In this document: positions 21,330 to 30,444 of the stretch, piece by piece
How the letters are laid out: every line of letters begins with the position of its first letter
Numbering within the stretch: position 1 is the stretch's first letter
Assembly (NCBI GenBank): GCA_026415435.1
Contig: JAOAHC010000040.1
Span: 137,456-201,455, forward strand
DNA from: Clostridia bacterium
Lineage (GTDB): Bacteria > Bacillota > Clostridia > TANB77 > CAG-465
Length of the DNA stretch: 64,000 nucleotides
Reading direction: 5' to 3'
The notes under the pieces: model-generated
Database searches by the model: none
What the model was told of the DNA's origin: nothing
Seen by the model: the letters and a program-made list of their open reading frames with translations, nothing else
Translations under genes and position numbers: made by a program

Positions 21330-21461
21330 TTATTCCTCAACTAGTTCAAATGCTGATTTTGATTCTCCACATATCGGGCAAATATAGTCATCTGGTAGTT
21401 CTTCAAAAGGTATTTCACCATCATATATATAACCACATACTCCACATACATATTTTTTCAT
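21330..21461 (-). CDS. Rubredoxin, 43 aa (not in ORF track)
   Basis: Hand translation [43 protein letters not shown]: two CxxCG motifs; GGGGGG RBS. Confidence 0.95.
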   Translation of the reverse strand: MKKYVCGVCGYIYDGEIPFEELPDDYICPICGESKSAFELVEE

Positions 21462-21486
21462 AATCATATCCCCCCTTGTTTAGGAT

Positions 21487-21515
21487 AGTATATTATAAAA
21501 CGTATAATATGTCAA
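21487..21515 (-). promoter_or_regulatory. SigA promoter of rubredoxin-fprA with an overlapping 8-5-8 palindrome
   Basis: TTGACA, 17 bp spacer, TATACT; ATATTATA-N5-TATAATAT at 21490-21510. Confidence 0.65.
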
Positions 21516-21571
21516 TACAAAATTGTTTATTTTTTCCATTTAAGTAAACACAGAGTGTATATACTTTAGTT

Positions 21572-22660
21572 TTAAACTATTTTTCTAATTTTACCAATGA
21601 TAAAAGCTGAAATTGGTATTATACACCCTAATCCAACATTAATGTATAAAAATATATTTTTGGATAACATACTTAATTCAAATAAATTCGATGCTATATA
21701 TTGTGCATATACATATACTATAAAAATTACTGGTGTGACAAGCTCTTTAGATGTATTTAAATTAAAGAATTTCTTTATTAGTTTTACTACTATAAACATA
21801 AATATTGATATTATTGCGAAATCCGTAACTATCCATACACATAAGAAAATAGATTCAACCCTTTCTATAATGCTTAATATTTCTATGTCTTTAAAGAATA
21901 TAAAAAATGATAAGTTCAAATTCCCTGTAAGTTTATAACCAAAAATACCTATAGTAATCATAACTATTACAACACTTAGAAATGTCATTGACAAATATAA
22001 TTGCTTAGTATAATTTTTTAATTTATCTTTATTTGCAACTTTATCACCTAGAAAGAACATAAAAGTTATATATCCTAGTATTCCAAATAATGGAACAATC
22101 GAAATGAATACTGGTCCAATATCATATGTAGTTATTGGTAAAATATTAGGCAACTTAACATCTGATAATCCTACAAAAATTGAAATTATCAAAAATATAA
22201 GGAAAATTTTATTATATAACTCCATGAATCTGCCAAAATATTCAATTTTATTTCTTACAACTAAATATGTCATTAAAAGTATAGTTATCATAAAAAATTG
22301 CATTGGACTAAAGATAAAAATACTAGATGTAAGCCTATCTGCAAAATATCTTACATATAGTGCAATCATAGTAATTATCCATATTATATGCATAAATAGT
22401 ACAGTCTTTCCAATTATTTTACCGAATATTTTAATATATATGTCTTCCAAAGAGCCTAATTTTGTTTTAGTAAATAAATTATTTAAAACATATATCAATA
22501 ACATAAAAGGTATAATTGCTAATATTGGAGTAAGCCAAGTAGCTTGTTTTGCTATTTCACCACAATACTTTGGCAAAACTCTAGTTAGTGGTGAAGCTAT
22601 TGAAATTACAAATATTATAAATAATTGTCTTATACTAATCTTACTATTTTCATTATCCAT
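21572..22660 (-). CDS. Spore germination receptor B subunit (GerAB/KB family)
   Basis: KISIRQL N-terminus, about 10 TM helices, IERVESIF motif, operon context. Confidence 0.9.
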   Translation of the reverse strand: MDNENSKISIRQLFIIFVISIASPLTRVLPKYCGEIAKQATWLTPILAIIPFMLLIYVLNNLFTKTKLGSLEDIYIKIFGKIIGKTVLFMHIIWIITMIALYVRYFADRLTSSIFIFSPMQFFMITILLMTYLVVRNKIEYFGRFMELYNKIFLIFLIISIFVGLSDVKLPNILPITTYDIGPVFISIVPLFGILGYITFMFFLGDKVANKDKLKNYTKQLYLSMTFLSVVIVMITIGIFGYKLTGNLNLSFFIFFKDIEILSIIERVESIFLCVWIVTDFAIISIFMFIVVKLIKKFFNLNTSKELVTPVIFIVYVYAQYIASNLFELSMLSKNIFLYINVGLGCIIPISAFIIGKIRKIV

Positions 22661-22662
22661 AT

Positions 22663-22863
22663 CTACTCCTCAATATTAAATAATTTAAAAATCACTTCAA
22701 CAAGGCTATCCCTATGCATGTCACTGTAGTAAAATATAGCAAAAGCTATTGCAACTAGTGAAAGACCAATGAACACCATTAAGTTTTTCCTATCTTTTCT
22801 TTTAATCAAAGTAATAATATCAATAACTGTAAAACAAATAAAAAATGCGGAAAATAGCAACAT
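22663..22863 (-). CDS. Small 2-TM protein, probable germinant receptor D-type subunit
   Basis: 66 aa, two hydrophobic helices, located between the C and B subunit genes. Confidence 0.6.
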   Translation of the reverse strand: MLLFSAFFICFTVIDIITLIKRKDRKNLMVFIGLSLVAIAFAIFYYSDMHRDSLVEVIFKLFNIEE

Positions 22864-22875
22864 ATTTAATCTCCT

Positions 22876-24168
22876 TTATTTATCTTGTAATGTTATTATA
22901 TCGAATGTTCTTCTAATATTACATTTTACATTAACAATAAATTTTGCATTAACTAAAGATTCAACCCATTTATCTTTTATCTTTTTGTATTTATATGGAT
23001 GACTCATCATAACTTTTTCTTCAATATCCAGAAAATCCGCTTTATATTCAACCATTTTTTCTATTACATCTTCTATTTGCAATTTTACTTTTTCAGCTTG
23101 CTTATCCTCATAATATTTAAGCTTATCAATTTTGAATATATTTTCTTTAGTAGCTGCTTCATCTACATTACTCTCAAAACTTGTATTTATAATAACTTCA
23201 TTAAGATTATCTCCATCAAATTTAAATTTATATTTTGTATTGAAGCCAATCATACCAAACGACAATACATTATCTTCACCTTCATATATATCTATATTTG
23301 TACTTCCTTTTCTATTTTTTAATATATTACTGGTTATTGACTCTTGTCTATTTAAGTATCCTGTTAAAACTTTATCTTTAATTACTGCATAGCCATCAAA
23401 ATCAAAAAAAGTTTCACTATTCTCACTTTTTTCTACTACAGTGCTTTGTATTATATTATTTTCTTTTTCTGAATTACTCTTTTTATTTTCTGAATTGCTA
23501 TCTTTACTATCAGATGTATCACCTTTAGGAGATATTATCCTTAAAGTAGGCATTAAAAACGAACTGTTTTTCTTAGATAAATATCCTATTAAATCAATAA
23601 CTGTTAGTTTGTATGATACATTTTTTCCTTCATTGTTTTTTTCCATGCTATTAATTTTTTCATCAAGGTCATAATCTGTATTTACTACTTTTGCTATAAA
23701 ATCCTTTGCTGCCATACCTTTAGTTAGATATATCCCAAGATTAAGTCTAACTTCATAGTCTCTTGCATTAAAATCAATATTTATAGTCATGTCTTTTTTA
23801 CAATATTCTTCACCTAGTAAAAAATATTTAATATGTGAACCACTCATAGATTTATTAACATATGTTTGAAACGTTCTTATCGTATCATCAAAAGTTTGTC
23901 CTTTAACTATAAAATATTTTGTACTACCACTACTACCTGGACTACCTGAAGTACTAGGAGACGATCCTGTACTCTGATTTTGATACGAAACTCTAAGTAT
24001 TGTTTCTTCTACTCTATATTTTTCATCAGTTCCTAAATCCATTCCTATAACCTTAACAAGTTCCACATCTGTAAGTTCCTTCTTAACAGGCATAATTTTT
24101 GAATTTAAAACTATAAATCCAAGTAATATACAAGTAAAGAAAATATATATAAGTTTTCTTTTTGTCAT
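22876..24168 (-). CDS. Spore germination receptor C subunit (Ger(x)C family)
   Basis: KELTDVELVKVIGMD, SHIKYFLLGEE, RDYEVR, KADFL; operon context. Confidence 0.85.
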   Translation of the reverse strand: MTKRKLIYIFFTCILLGFIVLNSKIMPVKKELTDVELVKVIGMDLGTDEKYRVEETILRVSYQNQSTGSSPSTSGSPGSSGSTKYFIVKGQTFDDTIRTFQTYVNKSMSGSHIKYFLLGEEYCKKDMTINIDFNARDYEVRLNLGIYLTKGMAAKDFIAKVVNTDYDLDEKINSMEKNNEGKNVSYKLTVIDLIGYLSKKNSSFLMPTLRIISPKGDTSDSKDSNSENKKSNSEKENNIIQSTVVEKSENSETFFDFDGYAVIKDKVLTGYLNRQESITSNILKNRKGSTNIDIYEGEDNVLSFGMIGFNTKYKFKFDGDNLNEVIINTSFESNVDEAATKENIFKIDKLKYYEDKQAEKVKLQIEDVIEKMVEYKADFLDIEEKVMMSHPYKYKKIKDKWVESLVNAKFIVNVKCNIRRTFDIITLQDK

Positions 24169-24172
24169 AAAT

Positions 24173-25708
24173 TTACCTCTTAACTTTAGTCTTAGCTTTC
24201 ATATCCGTCATTGGTTTTCTAAATATTGTATCAACATTAATATTCTTATAATCATTAGAAGTAAATGGTGTAAAATATGGTACACCAAAAGATTCCATTG
24301 TTGACAAATAATAAAACATTAAGATAATACCAATAGAAACACCGTAAAGCCCAGCAATTCCCGATAATATAACTAGTGAAAATCTACAAACTCTAAGGGC
24401 ATTTGCAAAGTCTTGATTTGGCATTAAAAATCCAGCTATACCTGTTATTGCTACTATAACTACTACAGATGGCGATACGAAATTTGCATTTACTGCTGCA
24501 TCACCTATAATAAGACCACCAACTATAGAAATAGTTTGCCCAATAGTTTTAGGCAGTCTAGCACTAGCTTCTATTAATATTTCAAAGGAAAGTAGCATAA
24601 ACATTACTTCAAGTAATACCGGAAATGGCTCACCTTGCTTACTCTTAATTATTGATATTGCTAGTTTTGTTGGTATCATTTCTTGATGAAATGTTGAAAT
24701 AGCTAGAAAAAACGATGGTAATATAATAGTAATTACTGTACAAAAATATCTTAATACTCTTAATGCTGAACTTATAAAATAGTTTACTGAATAATCTTCC
24801 GGAGTTTGGAAAAACATATTTAGTACAGCAGGTAGAATATAGGCAACTGGAAATCCATCGATTAATATTCCTATTTTCCCCTCTAATAAGTTCGAAATTA
24901 ATTTTTCTGATTTTTCAGTATAAATTAATTGGGGAAACACTGAGTATTTCTTACAAACTATATTTTCTTCAACATCTGCAATTGTTAACATCTTATCAAT
25001 ATTTATATTTTTAATTCTAGACAACACTTTATCTAGTACTATCTTATCAACTATACTTTCCATATATAGTACACTAATAGATGTGGGTGTTACGTTACCT
25101 ACTTTAAATTCCTTTATTTTAAGATCAGCGCTTTTAATTCTATTTCTAATTAATGACGTATTTATTTTAATGTTTTCTATAAATGCTTCTTTTGAACCCT
25201 TTATTATATTTTCATTTGTGGGTTCTGTTAAATTTCTTTTTTCTATCTTTTTTATATCAAATGTAATAGCTCTATCTTTTATTTTTGTACTAATTAAACA
25301 CGCGCAACAATCTAAAATATCAGTTATAACATCATTTAAATTATTTCTTATATTGTTAGAGGTATGTGGTATTATTCCTCTTTCTAATATACTTAGAATA
25401 TCAGAATTTCTATTGTTTTCATTTGACTCAGTTAAATCTTTAGGTAAACATGAACAATTAGTACTTTCAATCTGCATAATAGGCCTTAATATATTATTAT
25501 CAACTAATTCTATGTCTATTGTATTTTGGAAATATATTAGTATTAAGGTTTCATTACTAAAATGAATTTCTCTATATTGAATATCATCACTATTTTCAAA
25601 AATAATCTTAATGTTTTCAATACTTATTTCACCATTTAAAGACTTATTTTTAGGTGGATTAGGATTATTCGGATTTATTTTTTTATATAATCTCCACTTA
25701 TCTAACAT
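24173..25708 (-). CDS. Spore germination receptor A subunit (GerA family)
   Basis: EPTNENIIKGSKEAFIE, FPQLIYTE, PFP, EASARLP, IVGGLIIGDAAV. Confidence 0.95.
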   Translation of the reverse strand: MLDKWRLYKKINPNNPNPPKNKSLNGEISIENIKIIFENSDDIQYREIHFSNETLILIYFQNTIDIELVDNNILRPIMQIESTNCSCLPKDLTESNENNRNSDILSILERGIIPHTSNNIRNNLNDVITDILDCCACLISTKIKDRAITFDIKKIEKRNLTEPTNENIIKGSKEAFIENIKINTSLIRNRIKSADLKIKEFKVGNVTPTSISVLYMESIVDKIVLDKVLSRIKNINIDKMLTIADVEENIVCKKYSVFPQLIYTEKSEKLISNLLEGKIGILIDGFPVAYILPAVLNMFFQTPEDYSVNYFISSALRVLRYFCTVITIILPSFFLAISTFHQEMIPTKLAISIIKSKQGEPFPVLLEVMFMLLSFEILIEASARLPKTIGQTISIVGGLIIGDAAVNANFVSPSVVVIVAITGIAGFLMPNQDFANALRVCRFSLVILSGIAGLYGVSIGIILMFYYLSTMESFGVPYFTPFTSNDYKNINVDTIFRKPMTDMKAKTKVKR

Positions 25709-25745
25709 ATTTCACCTCTTTTGTTAACATATATTTATTCAATTA

Positions 25746-25775
25746 TATTATTTGGAAATATAAGTTATATTATGC
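25746..25775 (-). promoter_or_regulatory. SigG-like forespore promoter of the ger operon
   Basis: GCATA, 18 bp spacer, AATAATA resembles the B. subtilis SigG consensus and fits the operon type. Confidence 0.45.
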
Positions 25776-25844
25776 AAAAAAACACACTTAAATATTAGTC
25801 ATATTAACCAATACTAAGTGTGTTAACTTATATTAAAAATTATT

Positions 25845-27494
25845 CTAAAGTATATTTACATCTTTTATCATTTCTTCATATAAACTATATCCACCATTTA
25901 AATTATATACATTTTCATACCCATTTTGCTTTAATATTTGTTCAGCAATGTAACCTCTTTGCCCTATTTTACAATAAACATATATCTTTTTATTTTTATC
26001 AAGTTTACATAGATTTTCTCTTAAATTATCTACTGAAATTTTAATTGCATTTTCTAGTTTTCCCCTCAAAAATTCTGCATTTGTTCTAACATCTAGTATA
26101 ATATCATTTTCCGATATATTTTCTATATCTTCAATGTAAAATGCAGTACTTTTTTTACTAATAATATTTTCAGCAACATAGCCTGCTGTATTAATTGGAT
26201 CCTTAGCTTGCGAAAATGGTGGGGAATACGCAAGTTCTAATTCACATAGATCATAAATACTCATATTAGCAGTAATTGCAGTAGAAATCACATCAATTCT
26301 TTTATCTACTCCACTATATCCTACTATTTGTGCACCAAGTATTTTACCGTCTTTCGGAGTAAATAAGAGCTTTATCCTCATTACACTTGACCCTGGATAA
26401 TATTCTGCATTTGATGATGAATAACTTATAGATTTTAAATAACTAATGTTATTTTTTTTAAGCATTTCCTCTGAGCTTCCTGTAGTAGCAATTACCATAT
26501 CAAAAATCTTTACTATTGATGTTATATGTGAGCCTCCATATTTAATGTTTTTCCCACAAATATTATCAGCAACAATTCTTGCTTGTTTATTTGCATTAGA
26601 GGCAAGAGCTACTGGCATTTTTAAATTTAAAATAGTATTGTCTATACTTATTGCATCACCCACTGCATAAACACCATCAGCATTTGTTTTTAGATATTCA
26701 TCTACAAATATTTCTCCTCTACTACCCAAATTTATCCCACTATTTAAAAGAAATTTTGTGTCAGGTATGACTCCTACACATAAAATTATAATATCTGATT
26801 CAATTCTTTTTGAATCTTCTAAAAGTACATAGTCTTTTTCAAATTTAATAGCCTTTGTGCCAGTTAATAGTTTCACTCCTCTATTTCTTATATAATTATG
26901 AACCATATGAGACATATCTATATCAATTCCATTTATAACATGAGAAGCAGCTTCTATTATTGTAGTGTTTATTCCTAAGTTATATAAATTTTCAGCTATT
27001 TCAATTCCTATATATCCTCCACCTATTACAGTTGCAGTACTAATTGCTTTTGAATCTACATATTCTTTGATTTTATCCATATCTGAAATATTTCTTAAAG
27101 TAAATACATTCTCATTATATATACCTTCTATATTTTCAGGTTTAATTGGTCTTGCACCTGGTGATAAAACTAAATTATCATAATTTTCATAAAATATATC
27201 ACCGGTTTCCAAATTTTTGACTTGAATCCTTTTAGTGATAGTATCTACTGATAATGCTTCACTGCTAAGTTTCACATCTATATTATATCTTGTCTTAAAA
27301 TCATCAGGTGTTTTTAGTATAAGTTCATCTCTTGACTTAATTATATCACCAATATAATAAGGCATGCCGCAATTTGCAAATGATACATACTTACCTTTTT
27401 CCAGTACAACTATTTCTGAAAACTCATCATTTCTTCTTAGACGAGTAGCTGCTGTTGCACCTCCAGCCACTCCACCTATAATAAGTGTTTTCAT
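25845..27494 (-). CDS. CoA-disulfide reductase with a C-terminal rhodanese domain
   Basis: GGVAGGA, SFANCGMPY, GGGYIG, YSPPFS, rhodanese YCKIGQRGY. Confidence 0.93.
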   Translation of the reverse strand: MKTLIIGGVAGGATAATRLRRNDEFSEIVVLEKGKYVSFANCGMPYYIGDIIKSRDELILKTPDDFKTRYNIDVKLSSEALSVDTITKRIQVKNLETGDIFYENYDNLVLSPGARPIKPENIEGIYNENVFTLRNISDMDKIKEYVDSKAISTATVIGGGYIGIEIAENLYNLGINTTIIEAASHVINGIDIDMSHMVHNYIRNRGVKLLTGTKAIKFEKDYVLLEDSKRIESDIIILCVGVIPDTKFLLNSGINLGSRGEIFVDEYLKTNADGVYAVGDAISIDNTILNLKMPVALASNANKQARIVADNICGKNIKYGGSHITSIVKIFDMVIATTGSSEEMLKKNNISYLKSISYSSSNAEYYPGSSVMRIKLLFTPKDGKILGAQIVGYSGVDKRIDVISTAITANMSIYDLCELELAYSPPFSQAKDPINTAGYVAENIISKKSTAFYIEDIENISENDIILDVRTNAEFLRGKLENAIKISVDNLRENLCKLDKNKKIYVYCKIGQRGYIAEQILKQNGYENVYNLNGGYSLYEEMIKDVNIL

Positions 27495-27504
27495 AATTCA
27501 CCTC

Positions 27505-27822
27505 TTAATCAATATGACTTAATAATATTTTTTCTACTTTTTCTTTTGGATTATATCCAATAAGTTTATCTACAATTTTCCCATTTTTAAAAAACAATAA
27601 TGTAGGTATAGATTCCACATTATACTGCATAGATATACTAGGGTTTTCATCCACGTTTATTTTAACAATATTAAAGTTTGCCCTACTTTCAGATATTTCA
27701 TCTAATACTGGTGCTATGAGTTTACAAGGTGGACACCATGTTGCATAAAAATCCACCAACACAACACTTTTACTTCCCAAAACTTCACTTTCAAATTCTT
27801 TTTCATCTATATGTCTTACCAT
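27505..27822 (-). CDS. trxA: Thioredoxin
   Basis: VDFYATWCPPCK, SIPTL. Confidence 0.92.
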   Translation of the reverse strand: MVRHIDEKEFESEVLGSKSVVLVDFYATWCPPCKLIAPVLDEISESRANFNIVKINVDENPSISMQYNVESIPTLLFFKNGKIVDKLIGYNPKEKVEKILLSHID

Positions 27823-27834
27823 AACATTTTCCTC

Positions 27835-28104
27835 CTATTCATTTATGAGATTTATTATCTTTATTATTTTTTCATTATTTATTTCATAATATACCTCATT
27901 ACCTATTTTCTCGCATTTTATAATGCCAGATAGTTTTAATTTCGATAATTGCTGGGAAACTAAACTCTGTGCAACATTTGAACATTGTCCAAGTTCCGTT
28001 ACATTTCTTCTTTTATTTAGAACAAGATTAGTTAAAATACATAATCTTACTGGGTTTGCCAGCATTTTAAATAATTCTGAGTTTTGCAATAATTCTTCTT
28101 TCAT
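27835..28104 (-). CDS. ArsR/SmtB family repressor
   Basis: FKMLANPVRLCIL, QSLVSQQLSKLK, GNEVYY. Confidence 0.9.
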   Translation of the reverse strand: MKEELLQNSELFKMLANPVRLCILTNLVLNKRRNVTELGQCSNVAQSLVSQQLSKLKLSGIIKCEKIGNEVYYEINNEKIIKIINLINE

Positions 28105-28115
28105 ACTACCTCCTT

Positions 28116-28154
28116 ATATTAGTATATTATAATATACTAATATGCTAAAGTCAA
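28116..28154 (-). promoter_or_regulatory. SigA promoter with a perfect 28-bp palindromic operator
   Basis: TTGACT (28154-28149), 17 bp spacer, TATAAT (28131-28126); palindrome ATATTAGTATATTA|TAATATACTAATAT at 28116-28143. Confidence 0.85.
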
Positions 28155-28222
28155 TAAATTGTTACTAAATTGATATGCATTCTATATTTGTTTTAGTATC
28201 ATATATATTATTAGGTGATTTA

Positions 28223-28720
28223 ATGAAATTCTTAAATATTTTATCCTATTTTTTAATTTTAGCATTAGTTCTTACAATATTAATATCACTTAAAAACCCA
28301 ACACTATCTAGAAGCGCTGAAAACATTGCATCTGAGTATCTTCAAATAAAAAATGTTGCGGTCGATAAAAACTATTTACTAGCTTTAAATAGTGCAGATA
28401 ATTTTCTGTGTGCTTGGCTTATGAGAGATCAAAAAAAAGGAGAAGAATTTATAACAAAAAGATTAAAAGACTCATTAACATATAACGAACTATTTGCCTT
28501 TTTTGTTGGCACTTCTAATCCTCACAATCAAGGTTTTGAAATAATAGGAGAAAAACACCTAAGTAATAAAAGAATTCGTTTTTTTGTCTGGTTATATGAA
28601 TATTATACTATGGATAATCCTAAACCATATTTAAGAAAATCACCATATTATATAGATGTAGTAAAGTTTGACGAATATAGATGGCTGGTTGATACTCTTC
28701 CAAAACCTTATATAAAATAA
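28223..28720 (+). CDS. Hypothetical N-terminally anchored or secreted protein
   Basis: AGGTG RBS before the ATG at 28223, hydrophobic N-terminus, GTSNPHNQGFEI core. Confidence 0.7.
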   Translation: MKFLNILSYFLILALVLTILISLKNPTLSRSAENIASEYLQIKNVAVDKNYLLALNSADNFLCAWLMRDQKKGEEFITKRLKDSLTYNELFAFFVGTSNPHNQGFEIIGEKHLSNKRIRFFVWLYEYYTMDNPKPYLRKSPYYIDVVKFDEYRWLVDTLPKPYIK

Positions 28721-28751
28721 GTGGATATGTTTTATATCCACTTATTTTATA
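28711..28751. terminator. Bidirectional terminator
   Basis: 18-bp perfect arms TATAAAATAAGTGGATAT / ATATCCACTTATTTTATA. Confidence 0.85.
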
Positions 28752-28760
28752 TATTATTAA

Positions 28761-29603
28761 TTATTTTTTAAAATTTATAACTACTTCTCCAATACCACCA
28801 TTAATATTTAACTTATCTTTTCTTATAACAGAATCAGTAGGAGTATTTTCAGTATAGTTTTGTCCGTCTATTTTTATAGCTCCAATACCAGAATCAGCGA
28901 TTATTTGATAATCTGCTTTGTTTGCATCTATTGATACATCAACTTTACCTATACCACAATTTAATTTTGTGTTTCCAGTTAATATTCCTGATATTTTCAA
29001 ACTACCTACCCCAGAGTCCAGGTCTAAATCATTAAGTATAGCATTATCTATTGATATTTTGCCAACTCCAGCATTTATACTACTGTTATTTGCTTCTAAC
29101 CCCTGGCATATTAATTCACCAACACCATTTTCTATATTTAATTTTTCTGAAGCTAAAGCTTCTATATTTGTTCTACCAACACCAGTTTTAATATATGCTG
29201 TTTCAAAAGTAAAATCACTTGGAATATATACTGTTATTTTAGAATTCGAAGTATAACTAAAAGCACTACCAAATAGTGATTTACTCTCATTTTCTCTAAT
29301 TTCAAGTTTGCCGTTAACATTTTCACAAGTAAACTTTTCTGGTACATTCGAAGCTTCAACATAAAATCTATTTGATATCATTATATTAAGTTCACATGTA
29401 CTTACCTCTATATCAAGACTTTTTACATCTGTAAAACTATTAGAATAATCTATTACATTTTTGGCTTCATTTACATTATTTATTATACCAATTACTCCAA
29501 ATACTGATATTACTGCTGTACATATTGCTGTTATGATAGTAACAGTAAGAAATATTGCAAATGCCATCGCTAAGTATTTTATTACTTTTTGAACATTTGT
29601 CAT
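28761..29603 (-). CDS. DUF4097-type beta-strand repeat protein, membrane anchored
   Basis: N-terminal TM helix and repeated GVG/GIG beta units. Confidence 0.8.
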   Translation of the reverse strand: MTNVQKVIKYLAMAFAIFLTVTIITAICTAVISVFGVIGIINNVNEAKNVIDYSNSFTDVKSLDIEVSTCELNIMISNRFYVEASNVPEKFTCENVNGKLEIRENESKSLFGSAFSYTSNSKITVYIPSDFTFETAYIKTGVGRTNIEALASEKLNIENGVGELICQGLEANNSSINAGVGKISIDNAILNDLDLDSGVGSLKISGILTGNTKLNCGIGKVDVSIDANKADYQIIADSGIGAIKIDGQNYTENTPTDSVIRKDKLNINGGIGEVVINFKK

Positions 29604-30277
29604 ATAATCTCAACTCCTCCAAACATACAAGTACTATTTACATATATAGTAGGCATATTTTCACCAGCTACAGGATTTACCTTGTTGCTAACACCACCGA
29701 AAACAGGTGTACTTGACACTTTAACCCTTACATTTTGGGGTACTAAGATTTTTATTCCGCCAAATATAGCACTAGCTTCTATAACTATGTCGCTATCTAT
29801 AATAGCATTTTTTAAATTTAAGTCAACACCACCAAAAGTAGCATTTATATTAGCACCTTCAAACTTTTCAGCTGGAAAATTTACTTCTTGACCACTAAAT
29901 ATCGCATTATACTCATTTAAACCATTTTTATTTAAAGTCTTTATTGTCTTGTAATTTTTATTAAATTGATCTTTAAATATTATATTTACACCTATTAATA
30001 AAAATATAGTTGGTACTATAAGTTTTGCAAATGTGTCATATCCTAAAATATCTCTTGCAGATAATAAGAAGAATACACCTATTAGTAGAACTATAACATT
30101 TGATGTTTTAATACCATTTTGTACCATACTAACTACTGCTGGCACTATTATAAATAAAGTCCACCAACCTTCAAAGAACACATTAAAATCTACTACATTA
30201 AAAGATTTAAGTGCAGCAATAAGGCCAATTAGTATAAATGCTGCTCCCCATAATATATTTCCAAATTTATCTTTCAT
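29600..30277 (-). CDS. LiaF-like membrane protein
   Basis: Four TM helices, WWTLFII, then repeated A.FGG motifs (ATFGGVDL, AIFGGIKI, CMFGGV). Confidence 0.8.
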   Translation of the reverse strand: MKDKFGNILWGAAFILIGLIAALKSFNVVDFNVFFEGWWTLFIIVPAVVSMVQNGIKTSNVIVLLIGVFFLLSARDILGYDTFAKLIVPTIFLLIGVNIIFKDQFNKNYKTIKTLNKNGLNEYNAIFSGQEVNFPAEKFEGANINATFGGVDLNLKNAIIDSDIVIEASAIFGGIKILVPQNVRVKVSSTPVFGGVSNKVNPVAGENMPTIYVNSTCMFGGVEII

Positions 30278-30390
30278 TAAAATCCCTCCATTTTAACTAT
30301 ATTATACCATAAAAAATATAATAATCAACTATAAATTTAACATATTTTTACTTTTTTCTTAATTATATTATTTTATTAAATTTTTCATAT

Positions 30391-30430
30391 AAAAAATGAG
30401 ATATAAGTAATTTTTAAACTTATATCTCAT
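30391..30430 (-). terminator. Terminator of the DEAD-box helicase gene
   Basis: ATGAGATATAAGT...ACTTATATCTCAT plus an A run. Confidence 0.8.
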
Positions 30431-30444
30431 CCTTATTTTAGTTT

